A stretch of DNA of 64,000 nt from Candidatus Micrarchaeia archaeon. GTDB taxonomy: Archaea > Micrarchaeota > Micrarchaeia > Micrarchaeales > CABMGC01. The DNA is taken from the NCBI GenBank assembly GCA_049964835.1, contig JBMFWW010000001.1:67589-131588 (forward strand). Reading direction: 5' to 3'. Both the position numbers and the translations under genes were made by a program. The notes below the pieces were generated by a model. It was not told the DNA's origin, ran no database searches, and was given only the letters and a program-made list of their open reading frames with translations. Each line of letters begins with the position of its first letter. Position 1 is the stretch's first letter. Shown piece by piece: positions 16,069 to 25,059 of the stretch.

Positions 16069-16796
16069 TTAGTTGTTCAGGAATGTTACAGTTACACTCT
16101 CCGTTAATCCTTGTTCTCCATAATAGAAAAGCTGCTTGTTTGGAGCTCCAGAGTATATTGATGATGCATCAGAAGCTAGAAAAACAGGAAAACGTGCCTG
16201 TCCTACTGTTATATTTTCAACCTTTAAAGAAGCATTATTTTCAAGTATTTCAGCTTGGCTTGTTGCATTACTAATCGCTTGAGATAAAGCCTGATTTCTC
16301 ATCTGGGTTATCTGTATTGGAGAAAGCTGAGCATATACTCCACTAACATACGTATTATTAATCTTGGCTAATGTACTAAGAGCTGCGCTCATATTTTTTA
16401 TATTAGCTATAGTTAATTCAAGATATTCTACTGCTTGATACGTGCTAGAATTTTTTATCTTATTAATATAGTAACTTTGTGTATTTATATTGCTTAAATT
16501 ACCTCCAACATACTTCAACATACTTGTGTTAAGTATTTCTAAAGTTAATGATAAATTATCATTTGCTATATTTTCTGTAAGTCCTGTTCCATTAATATAA
16601 ACATAAATTACTCCTTGTGTGGGTTCTTGCTGTACAGTTCCTGTGGCGGTTACAGTAACACTTGTAACTTGCATATTCTTTTGAGAAACTCCATTAGGAT
16701 AAAGTATTGCAATCCATAACGTAAGTCCAAGTACAAGTATGGCAATAACTGCTATTAATGTAGCAACATGTTCTGTTTTGATAAAATCAACTCCAT
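16069..16796 (-). CDS. SIMPL/DUF541-like exported protein with N-terminal membrane anchor (apparent frameshift near the 5' end)
   Basis: The track ORF starts at 16674, but the same frame stays open upstream through the TM helix VATLIAVIAILVLGLTLWIAIL with no canonical start. The ATG at 16796 would join that frame if the 4-nt run at 16776-16779 were 5 nt. Confidence 0.6.
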
Positions 16797-16892
16797 ATTT
16801 TTTACTTTGTTTAAGAATATACTTTAAATATAAATATAACTTTTATTTAGAAAGGTATGAACATATTTAAATATATTTGCATTTTAATAAAT

Positions 16893-17400
16893 ATATAGGA
16901 ACTTGACATTTACATTCATTCACCTCGTCAATTTCAAAAAGTACCATCAATAACTAACAAGATAACCGAAAATGCAAGAAAATGCATAAATTTTCATTTT
17001 TTTATTCCAATAACTCTATTGTTTCTAAGGCCAAATTTTTCTTTTAATCTTGAGAAAAAACGTTCTACAGCCCATTTTTTCCATAATCTTTGTCTTTTGG
17101 TATGAAGATTTAAACTTTCTTCTTCCGTTTGATGCAATTACTGGAATCATATTATTTTCTTTCAGTTCATCTTTTATCCATGCAGCATCCATTGCTGAAT
17201 CTGCAAGATATTTTGATTCAAATCCAAACGTGAACCGCTGTTTTGCATGCATAAAAAGAGGTCTAAAAATTTTGAGTGATGATGATTTGCCTTTTCCACT
17301 ATTATACTTATCGGAAGTTCAGATTTGATTTCAACTATCGTATGTATTTTATATCCATAGAAGAATTCAGTTTTTTCTTTATTTTGATACTGTCGTTTTT
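16893..17400 (-). mobile_element. decayed IS4/IS5-like (DDE) insertion sequence remnant, copy 1
   Basis: Fragments FYGYKIHTIVEIKSELPISIIVEKANHHHSK, FGFESKYLADSAMDAAWIKDEL..IPVIASNGRR and, in another frame, WAVERFFSRLKEKFGL. The terminal sequence aatataggaacttgacattt is shared with copy 2. The N-terminal half is missing. Confidence 0.7.
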
Positions 17401-17405
17401 TCGGT

Positions 17406-17588
17406 ATGGTTCTAACTCCAATAGTTATTAATACTGGCGCTGAAGAAAATGTTTTTTTTCAATATTCGTTGTCAAATCCTACTATAGGCCAGGAAATATT
17501 TGGTGAAGTATGGATAGAATTTACAGTTCCTGGCTCATCAACAAATTTATTCAAAGAGATAGTAACATTAAGCGTGAAGTATCAATAA
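17406..17588 (+). pseudogene. 3' fragment of a pilin-like paralogue (N-terminal part missing at the IS junction)
   Basis: The C-terminus GEVWIEFTVPGSSTNLFKEIVTLSVKYQ aligns with GQIWLEYTAPGSSTDQFVEVATLTAKYT of 12495-12995. There is no signal peptide, and it directly abuts IS remnant 1. Confidence 0.6.
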
Positions 17589-17806
17589 TAAAAAACACAA
17601 CTTATTTTTTATTCTTTTTAAATCCTTTTTTACATGTGGTTTGTAAATATATCTGATTTATGTATAAAGTAGTTGTAGAGATAAAAATCAAATAATAATC
17701 ACAATGCTAACTGTGTAACATAGTCGACTAGTTAACTACAAAAACTTATGGCTTTTGCAAAGGTTTATATTTTTAAACAACAAACAATATTTGTTAATCA
17801 TAACTA

Positions 17807-17879
17807 GCGAGCGTAGTCTAGCCTGGTAGGACTTTGCCTTGCCAAGGCAAGAACCCGGGTCCAAATCCCGGCGCTCGCA
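17807..17879 (+). tRNA. tRNA-Gly (GCC)
   Basis: Cloverleaf folded by hand: acceptor GCGAGCG/CGCTCGC, D stem GTCT/GGAC, anticodon stem TTGCC/GGCAA with loop TTGCCAA, T arm CCGGG-TCCAAAT-CCCGG, discriminator A. Confidence 0.9.
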
Positions 17880-17886
17880 CATATGT

Positions 17887-18801
17887 CTATTCAAATGGCA
17901 TGGCTGTCTGATTTATCTCACCTTTATAGGGTGTATTTCCTACAGTTATTACAAATGGCTTGACTCCTCCTCCGCATGGTCCGTCAACATATACCAAATA
18001 GCTTTCATTTGTTGCCGTATTGTTTGCATATAACTCCAAATTGAAGTTAATACTTTTATTTTCTCCTATTGTGAAGTTGTTTTGATTGAATTTATAGTAT
18101 ACTCCTGAATTCGTACTAAAATCAAAATTTGCATTTACTTTAGTTATGTATACAAAATGGCTTCTAGTATAAAGTGTAGGATTACTTTCATTTAGTACAT
18201 TCGTAAATCTTTCATTAATATTTAAGTTTAAGACCGAATTTCTATTAAGCAAAAATTCTCTATATACTGATCCAGATGAAGAATTCACTAAATAAGTGTT
18301 ATAAGTATTTGCATTTGTTATACTGCCATTTAAATTGTAGAATAAAAATGGACAAGCCATAATACTTGACGAAGTTCTAACTGTAATAGTGGTAAAATTA
18401 TTATTTACTGCAAAGTTAGAAATAGTACTTGTACTATTAGATGTGTTGATTATAGCTGTAGTATATATTCCGTTTGTTGTAATTATAGTTTTTATACCTA
18501 AATTATTAGTTGCAAAAAATATGTATGTCATAATTGCTATTATAGCTATTACAATTATAACTACAGCTGCGCCAATATACTTTATAAATAAATTATTGTT
18601 TGTGTTTATTTTGTAATATGTAACTCTTTTATAATATTCATTGTCTATTTTTTCTATTGCCCCCGTCTTACATAACTCTGCAATATGTTGACTTACCGTT
18701 GCGTGTGATAAATTAAGTTTATTAGATATCTCACTAACGCTCATCTTCTGTTTTTTTAGTAATTCAAGTATCTTTTTTTTAGTTTCAAAAGTTTTTCCCA
18801 T
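17887..18801 (-). CDS. membrane-tethered winged-HTH (ArsR-like) regulator with large extracytoplasmic Asn/Thr-rich domain
   Basis: N-terminal KKKILELLKKQKMSVSEISNKLNLSHATVSQHIAELCKTGAIEK, then a single TM helix AAVVIIVIAIIAIMTYIFF, then about 200 aa rich in N-x-S/T. Confidence 0.6.
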   Translation of the reverse strand: MGKTFETKKKILELLKKQKMSVSEISNKLNLSHATVSQHIAELCKTGAIEKIDNEYYKRVTYYKINTNNNLFIKYIGAAVVIIVIAIIAIMTYIFFATNNLGIKTIITTNGIYTTAIINTSNSTSTISNFAVNNNFTTITVRTSSSIMACPFLFYNLNGSITNANTYNTYLVNSSSGSVYREFLLNRNSVLNLNINERFTNVLNESNPTLYTRSHFVYITKVNANFDFSTNSGVYYKFNQNNFTIGENKSINFNLELYANNTATNESYLVYVDGPCGGGVKPFVITVGNTPYKGEINQTAMPFE

Positions 18802-18956
18802 TTTAACACAAAAATACTTTAACGAAATAAATATAAATTGTTTTTGAAATCCGTAGGTTTAGTACAGGTTTTTCCTCGTGAAAATAAAAATAGATAAAAA
18901 TTAATTTAAAATAAAATAAAAAAATAAATTAAACTGTTTATTTAAACATTAAATAA

Positions 18957-19250
18957 TCAGTTCTGTTTTTCTCCTATTGCAAATCTTGCTCTTACTTCAG
19001 TTATTTTTACTTTGACGTTTTCACCTTGTTTTGCATCTTTTATGAAAACAACGTATCCGTCTTTCTTTGCTATTCCGTCACCTTTAGAAGCCATAGCTTC
19101 AACAGTTAATTCTAACTCATCGCCGACCTTAACTGGCTTAGGAAGGAAGTAATTTGGCTTCATGCCTGGTCTTCCTCCTCTCTGTCTATCTCTTCTTTCT
19201 CCGCTTTCCATGTTATTTCTTTCTTCTTTTCCTTCAAATTCTTCTGACAT
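18957..19250 (-). CDS. TRAM-domain protein with Arg/Gly-rich N-terminus
   Basis: VKVGDELELTVEAMASKGDGIAKKDGYVVFIKDAKQGENVKVKITEVRARFAIG is a TRAM beta-barrel pattern. The N-terminus is ERRDRQRGGRPG. Confidence 0.75.
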   Translation of the reverse strand: MSEEFEGKEERNNMESGERRDRQRGGRPGMKPNYFLPKPVKVGDELELTVEAMASKGDGIAKKDGYVVFIKDAKQGENVKVKITEVRARFAIGEKQN

Positions 19251-19453
19251 TTTATTTCCTCTGTAGAATCAGCAATTGCTTTACTACATACTTATATTTT
19301 GTTGTTATCCTTTATAAATTTATCTATAAAAGCTCAAATATACAGTTTTTGATAAAAATTAGAAATTAACTTATTTTTATAAAAAAATTTAAAAATTTAA
19401 ATTTATACAAAAGATTTAAATACTAATTTTTTTATAATACTATTGGTGGGTAA

Positions 19454-20074
19454 TTGGCGGCGACAGCATTAAAACATAGAGAACTTGTAGAATCTGAAGA
19501 TTTTTTGAAGCAGTATTATAAAGGAAGAAGAGAATTTTCAGATGTTATTGTTGATGGCGGTAAGTTTGAGGTATGCACTGGCAACGCAGTAAGTATTCCA
19601 ATACTTTTGAAAGATATAAAAATTTTAAATAGTACATTTAAAAAAGTAATTTTTAATAATATACACCTAATTAACTCCAGAATTTCTGGATCTACATTCA
19701 AAGAATCATTTTTTTTAAGTTCAAAATTCAGTAATGTTGATGGAAATTTTTCTTCATTTATAGATACTAAAATGTATAACTCTGAAATAGATTATCTTAA
19801 TTTAAGCTATTCTAAAATGGATGGATTTACAATAGAAGTTTCAAAGATAAATTGGGGTGGATTGATACTTTCAAATTCAGATATAACTTCTTTAAAAATA
19901 TCTGATCCTAATCTGGGCAATTCTGGTCTTCAAAATATAATAATAGGTGAGAAAACTATCATGACCAAGGAGCAGGCAGAATATTTAGAAAAAGCACAAA
20001 TTAAGTCAAGAGATGTTGTAATAATGCCTAAAACCAGATTACTTTCTTTGAAAAGAGGAAGTACTAACTACTAA
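19454..20074 (+). CDS. pentapeptide-repeat protein
   Basis: Successive 5-residue units (NSRISGSTFKESFFLSSKFSNVDGNFSSFIDTKMYNSEIDYLNLSYSKMDG). TTG start. Confidence 0.7.
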   Translation: MAATALKHRELVESEDFLKQYYKGRREFSDVIVDGGKFEVCTGNAVSIPILLKDIKILNSTFKKVIFNNIHLINSRISGSTFKESFFLSSKFSNVDGNFSSFIDTKMYNSEIDYLNLSYSKMDGFTIEVSKINWGGLILSNSDITSLKISDPNLGNSGLQNIIIGEKTIMTKEQAEYLEKAQIKSRDVVIMPKTRLLSLKRGSTNY

Positions 20075-20082
20075 TAAATAAT

Positions 20083-20739
20083 TTATAACAAGTCTTTATA
20101 AAATGACTCTAAGTTCTTATACAAGAAAGTGGGATTTAATTTTTTAACCCTATTATATGGTTCTAATCCATCTCCCACTATACACGAATCAATATTTGCA
20201 AATTTAGCGGCCATTATATCCGATATAGTATCGCCAATATAAACAACATTTTCCTTTTTTATTTTATATTTATCAATTATATAAAGTATGCCCCTGGGAT
20301 CCGGCTTATACGCATTAATGCTACTCGCACTAAGTATGAAATCAAAGTATTCTGTCATCTTCAAATTGCGCAGCTCATTCATTAATCTATAACTATTGGA
20401 ATCACTAAATAATGTGACTGTTTTATTTTTTTTGTTTAGCAATTTTAACAGTTCAATAGAACTTCTCTTTAATTTAGGTTTATAAAAGTAAGCATATAAA
20501 TCATAAAACGAGGAAAAAAATTTGTCTGTGTCATCTTTAAGTTCTAGCTTTAATGTTTTGTTCTTCATGCCTTTATAGTAATCTTCATTTTTTTCTATAT
20601 TTTTTATATTATAATTTTTTCTTAGTAATCTAGATACTGCAACTATCAGTGTTGAAGTGCTAAGTGTACCATCCCAGTCAAATATGAATAACTTCTTATC
20701 TTCTAATTCAGACATAGTGTTAATAATGTTATTAATCAA
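20083..20739 (-). CDS. HAD-superfamily hydrolase (phosphatase-like)
   Basis: Motif I FIFDWDGTL, motif II TLFSDSN, and motif III/IV K...GDTISDIMAA. Confidence 0.75.
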   Translation of the reverse strand: MINNIINTMSELEDKKLFIFDWDGTLSTSTLIVAVSRLLRKNYNIKNIEKNEDYYKGMKNKTLKLELKDDTDKFFSSFYDLYAYFYKPKLKRSSIELLKLLNKKNKTVTLFSDSNSYRLMNELRNLKMTEYFDFILSASSINAYKPDPRGILYIIDKYKIKKENVVYIGDTISDIMAAKFANIDSCIVGDGLEPYNRVKKLNPTFLYKNLESFYKDLL

Positions 20740-20750
20740 TAAAAAGCTAT

Positions 20751-20808
20751 ATGATGATATCTGGTGATCGCTGAGCTTTATTGCGATGAAGACAGGTAGG
20801 CGGTCTGA
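20751..20808 (+). ncRNA. box C/D sRNA candidate
   Basis: AUGAUGA (C, 20751-20757), 13 nt, CUGA (D', 20771-20774), 11 nt, AUGAAGA (C', 20786-20792), 12 nt, CUGA (D, 20805-20808). It lies in the divergent intergenic region and is locally G+C-richer than the flanks. Confidence 0.6.
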
Positions 20809-20828
20809 TAAAAATTTGGAGGTCTAAG

Positions 20829-21713
20829 ATGGGAAAAACCAGTGCCTTAACTAGATTAAAGAAAACGAGTATCTCGGTAAAGGATATAGCTAGCCAGCTC
20901 TGGTGTGAAAAGCAAATGGAGCTATTCATAACAACTGGTGGCTACACAACTCCTGCCATGGAGAAGGGCTCTGCCATGCATAATAACTTGCAGGCACAGG
21001 TATTCAAAGCTCTCCCTATAGAACCAATCTCATACGGAGATAGATTATTCAAATGGGCATTTGAGACTTACACAAGCATAAGCAATATTTATAAAGAAGG
21101 TTATGCAAGAGAGCTTAAGATTTACGGTTCTATAAATGGTTTTAAGGTTTCAGGTCAAATAGATGAATTAAGAATACAGGATAATAAATTAATAATAGTA
21201 GAAGACAAAACAATTAAAAATGACAATAAAGGAAGCGTAATAAGTCTTCGTTTTGATGCAGATAAACTTCAGGCTAATATCTACGGTCTTCTTTTAGGCG
21301 ATATAAAAAATAAAAATTATACTTTTGATAATTTCGCCAACTCTTTTGGAATAGACAAATTAAACATGTCAAAAGAATTTTTATCCGGTCTTGATTCTCT
21401 TGGACTAAAGAAGGAAAATCAAGATTTATCTAGGATTTATAAATTGATGTTCGATTCTTATGTGTCGTTGCCAGCACTTTCAGATTTAATAAAAATAAGA
21501 TATATGGATCGAGAAACAAAAAGTATAATATCAGAATTAGATATAAAATATTCAAAAGACGAAGTGAGTAAGGATCTTGTGTCTCTGATGGGATACTGGT
21601 CTGGAGATAGAGAGGCAATGCCTGTACCAGAAGATAAAAAATGGAGATGCAAGTACTGCAAGTTTTTTGGCAATAAATGCACAACCTGGTGGGTAGGCGA
21701 GCAAACTAAGTAA
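20829..21713 (+). CDS. Cas4/RecB-like PD-(D/E)xK nuclease with 4-Cys cluster (stand-alone)
   Basis: N-terminal Cys (SQLWCEKQ), GQIDEL...IIVEDKT (D...ExK), QANIYGLLL (QxxxY), and C-terminal CKYCKFFGNKC. No CRISPR array or other cas genes in the window. Confidence 0.7.
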   Translation: MGKTSALTRLKKTSISVKDIASQLWCEKQMELFITTGGYTTPAMEKGSAMHNNLQAQVFKALPIEPISYGDRLFKWAFETYTSISNIYKEGYARELKIYGSINGFKVSGQIDELRIQDNKLIIVEDKTIKNDNKGSVISLRFDADKLQANIYGLLLGDIKNKNYTFDNFANSFGIDKLNMSKEFLSGLDSLGLKKENQDLSRIYKLMFDSYVSLPALSDLIKIRYMDRETKSIISELDIKYSKDEVSKDLVSLMGYWSGDREAMPVPEDKKWRCKYCKFFGNKCTTWWVGEQTK

Positions 21714-21810
21714 AAGAAATCAAATAACGTGTATATTTATAATTTATAACTATTAATAATATATCTTGTAATTATACTTAATTAATAATATTTTTATAGA
21801 AGGTGTAGAT

Positions 21811-24492
21811 TTGTTAGAAGGAATAAAACTTGATAAAAAAGAGCTAAGGAAAGAGTTTTCAAAACATCCGGATGTTTACTACTTAACTAAAGTTTTCAAA
21901 GAAAATAATTTTGAAAGATATACCTGTAAAATATGTGGGAAAAACTTTTGGAGCACACAAAAAAGGGATACTTGTGAAGATCCAGAACATACTGAATACT
22001 CATTCTTTAAAAATAAACCAACTCCAATATCTTATGTTGATATGTGGAAAAAGTTCTCAAAATTTTTTGAAGAAAATGGACACACTACTATTAAAAGGTA
22101 CCCCGTAGTAAGTAGATGGAGACAAGACCTTTATTTTACTATAGCGAGTATTCAAGACTTTCAGAGAATAGAAAACGGTTCAATGAACTTTGAATATAAT
22201 GCTAATCCTTTGATAGTTCCACAGATATGTTTGCGTTTTGGAGATATAGAAAATGTCGGTATAACTGGCAGGCATATGACTAGCTTTATGATGGCAGGTC
22301 AACATGCATTTAATTATCCTAAAGAAGGTTATTGGAGAGACAGAACAATAGAGCTTGATTATAAATTCTTAACAAATATACTTGGCGTAAAAAAAGAAGA
22401 TCTTATTTATAACGAGGATGTTTGGGCCATGGGAGACTTTTCTGAATTTGGTCCATGCTTAGAAGGTTTTTCAAACGGACTAGAACTCGTAAACAATGTA
22501 TTTACACAGTTTGAGAGTACTAACAATAAAATAAAAGAGTTAAGTTCACAGGTAGTTGATGTAGGTTGGGGTTTTGAAAGATTACTATGGTTTTATACTG
22601 GTTTTGATAATGTATACGAAGCAGTTTTCCATGACATAATAGAAAAAACAAAAAGAAAACTTCCATTTGAAATGGATACTCAATTATTTAGAAGATTTGC
22701 TAAATATGCAAGTGAACTAGATGTTACAGAGACTTCGGAATATCAAAAATTAGAAACTAATATACTAAAGAAAGCAGAAATAACTAAAGAACAATACCTA
22801 AAAGAGATAAAGCCAATGCAGGCATTTTACGCAATACTTGACCATACGCGTACGCTTCTTTTTGGCATATCTGACGGTGCCTTGCCGTCTAATATAGGTG
22901 GTGGTTACAATTTGCGTGTAATACTTAGGAGAGCAATAGCCTTTATCAAAGAGTACGAAATGGATATTACTATAACTGACATAGCAAAAAGGCAGGCAAA
23001 TGAACTTAAGGAGTTGTATCCAGAACTTGAAGAAAATTTAGATATACTCAATAAGGTTGTAGATGTAGAGTATAAAAGATATGAAACTTCAGTAGCCAAC
23101 TCCGGTAAAATAATAACCAATATGCTTTCAAAGAAATCAAAAATAACAAAGGAAGAGTTAAGAGTATTATATGAAAGCAACGGTGTAACTCCAGAATTAA
23201 TTAACTCCGTAGCACAAGCAGAAAATAAAAAGATAGAGCTTCCTGATGGCGCATACGAGGATATAATAAAGGGAGATTTCGCAGCAAAAGAAAAAACAAG
23301 CAAGATAGATTTTGAAGTACCTGAGGGAATAGAAAAAACCCAACAGCTTTATTATGAATTTAAAACAGAATCACATTCAAAGATACTATTTTCAAAGGGC
23401 AAATACATAATTCTTGATAAAACACCTTTTTATCCAGAGGGGGGCGGACAAGCTGCCGATCACGGCACAATTGATGATCTTGAAGTTTATGATGTACAAA
23501 AAGTTGGCAATGTTATAGTACATATTCTTAAAGATGAAAGCAAAAATCATTTGAAAAAGGAAAATGCAGCTATTTGCAAAGTTGACTTGAATAGGAGAAG
23601 AAAGTTAATGGCTCATCATACTGCAACTCATTTAATAAGTGCAGCTGCAAGAAAAATACTTGGAAAACACGCTTGGCAAGAAGGAGCTAAAAAAGAAGAG
23701 AATAAGGCCCATATAGATATAGCCCACTATGAAAAACTAACCGATTCTGAAGTTAAAAGTATTGAAGATTATGCAAATAATTTGCTTTTCAATGGCATAA
23801 TTGTGACTGTGAAAGAGATGAGTAGAGCGGACGCAGAGACAGAATATGGCTTTACAATATACCAAGGACACGGTGTTCCAGCAAAGAAAATGCGAATAAT
23901 AGTTATTACTGATAAAAATAATAATCTTATAGATGCTGAAGCCTGTGGAGGTTTACATGTAGTTTCCCATGAAAGTTCAATAGGTCTAATAAAAATAATA
24001 AATACTTCTAGAATACATGATGGCGTTGATAGAATAGAGTTTGTTGCAGGAGAGGCAGCACTTCACGAGTTTCAAAAAGAACACAATGAATTAATTAGTT
24101 CAGCATTATTTATGAATTCTGATTATAATTCGTTAAACGAAAAAATAGTAAAACTGAAAAATGATTACCTATCAATGGCGAAGACATTAAGACTTAAAGA
24201 TGAAGAGATTGCAGTTCTTATCTCAAAACAACTTTTATCTGAAATAAAAGATGACACCGATACTATAATACTAGAAAGAACAGAAAACAGAGACGTTCTA
24301 AGAAAAGTACTATCTTACATAATAAAAGAAAGACCATCCCTTACAATACTTGCAAAAAATATAGATAATGAGGTAGTATGCTTCTCTGGCCAAAATTCAA
24401 AGTATACTGCATTAGAGTTTGCAAAAAAAACTTATGGAGAAAATTTCAAAGGCGGTGGCTCTAAAATATCTGCCGAAGGAGTACTTAAATAG
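21811..24492 (+). CDS. alaS: alanyl-tRNA synthetase (archaeal type)
   Basis: 893 aa. Class II core, editing-domain motif HTATHLI...CGGLHV, and a C-terminal DHHA1-like GGGSK. TTG start. Confidence 0.9.
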   Translation: MLEGIKLDKKELRKEFSKHPDVYYLTKVFKENNFERYTCKICGKNFWSTQKRDTCEDPEHTEYSFFKNKPTPISYVDMWKKFSKFFEENGHTTIKRYPVVSRWRQDLYFTIASIQDFQRIENGSMNFEYNANPLIVPQICLRFGDIENVGITGRHMTSFMMAGQHAFNYPKEGYWRDRTIELDYKFLTNILGVKKEDLIYNEDVWAMGDFSEFGPCLEGFSNGLELVNNVFTQFESTNNKIKELSSQVVDVGWGFERLLWFYTGFDNVYEAVFHDIIEKTKRKLPFEMDTQLFRRFAKYASELDVTETSEYQKLETNILKKAEITKEQYLKEIKPMQAFYAILDHTRTLLFGISDGALPSNIGGGYNLRVILRRAIAFIKEYEMDITITDIAKRQANELKELYPELEENLDILNKVVDVEYKRYETSVANSGKIITNMLSKKSKITKEELRVLYESNGVTPELINSVAQAENKKIELPDGAYEDIIKGDFAAKEKTSKIDFEVPEGIEKTQQLYYEFKTESHSKILFSKGKYIILDKTPFYPEGGGQAADHGTIDDLEVYDVQKVGNVIVHILKDESKNHLKKENAAICKVDLNRRRKLMAHHTATHLISAAARKILGKHAWQEGAKKEENKAHIDIAHYEKLTDSEVKSIEDYANNLLFNGIIVTVKEMSRADAETEYGFTIYQGHGVPAKKMRIIVITDKNNNLIDAEACGGLHVVSHESSIGLIKIINTSRIHDGVDRIEFVAGEAALHEFQKEHNELISSALFMNSDYNSLNEKIVKLKNDYLSMAKTLRLKDEEIAVLISKQLLSEIKDDTDTIILERTENRDVLRKVLSYIIKERPSLTILAKNIDNEVVCFSGQNSKYTALEFAKKTYGENFKGGGSKISAEGVLK

Positions 24493-25007
24493 TGAATTAT
24501 TTGAATATATATCAGATTATTTATACAATAATTCTGTTTCCAATATTTTACATATTTCCAGCATACGTAGCTAATGGCGCTCCCGTAATATTTGGTGGTG
24601 GAAAACCAATAGATATGGGCAAAAAATTTAGAAATAAACCAATATTTGGAAAACACAAAACTATCCGAGGCTTTGTTTTTGGAATACTATCTGGAGTTTT
24701 GATAGGTGCACTTGAGTCCTTAATACTGCCTCAAATGTTTATTATAGGTATAGCATTAAGCATTGGTACTTTACTTGGAGATATGCTTGGAAGTTTTATA
24801 AAAAGGCAGATTGGGTATAAAGAAGGCAAAGACGTTTTTCTTATGGACCAATATCTTTTTCTTATAGTTGCATTAATGTTTGCATTTCCTTTAGGCAGTA
24901 CTCCTAGTATATATGGAATAATATTTATACTTCTTTTAACTGGGGTTCTGCATAAAACAACAAATCTTATTGCACATAAAGCAAAGTTAAAAGAAGTTCC
25001 TTGGTAA
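24492..25007 (+). CDS. carS: CDP-archaeol synthase (CarS, DUF46 family)
   Basis: FPAYVANGAPVIFGGGKPIDMGKKF...FGKHKTIRGFVFGILSG in a multi-pass membrane protein. The GTG start overlaps the alaS stop. Confidence 0.8.
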   Translation: MNYLNIYQIIYTIILFPIFYIFPAYVANGAPVIFGGGKPIDMGKKFRNKPIFGKHKTIRGFVFGILSGVLIGALESLILPQMFIIGIALSIGTLLGDMLGSFIKRQIGYKEGKDVFLMDQYLFLIVALMFAFPLGSTPSIYGIIFILLLTGVLHKTTNLIAHKAKLKEVPW

Positions 25008-25059
25008 TAAATCAAAATACTAATTAAGTTATTATTCGTTTTGTTCTAAAAGTAAAAAC

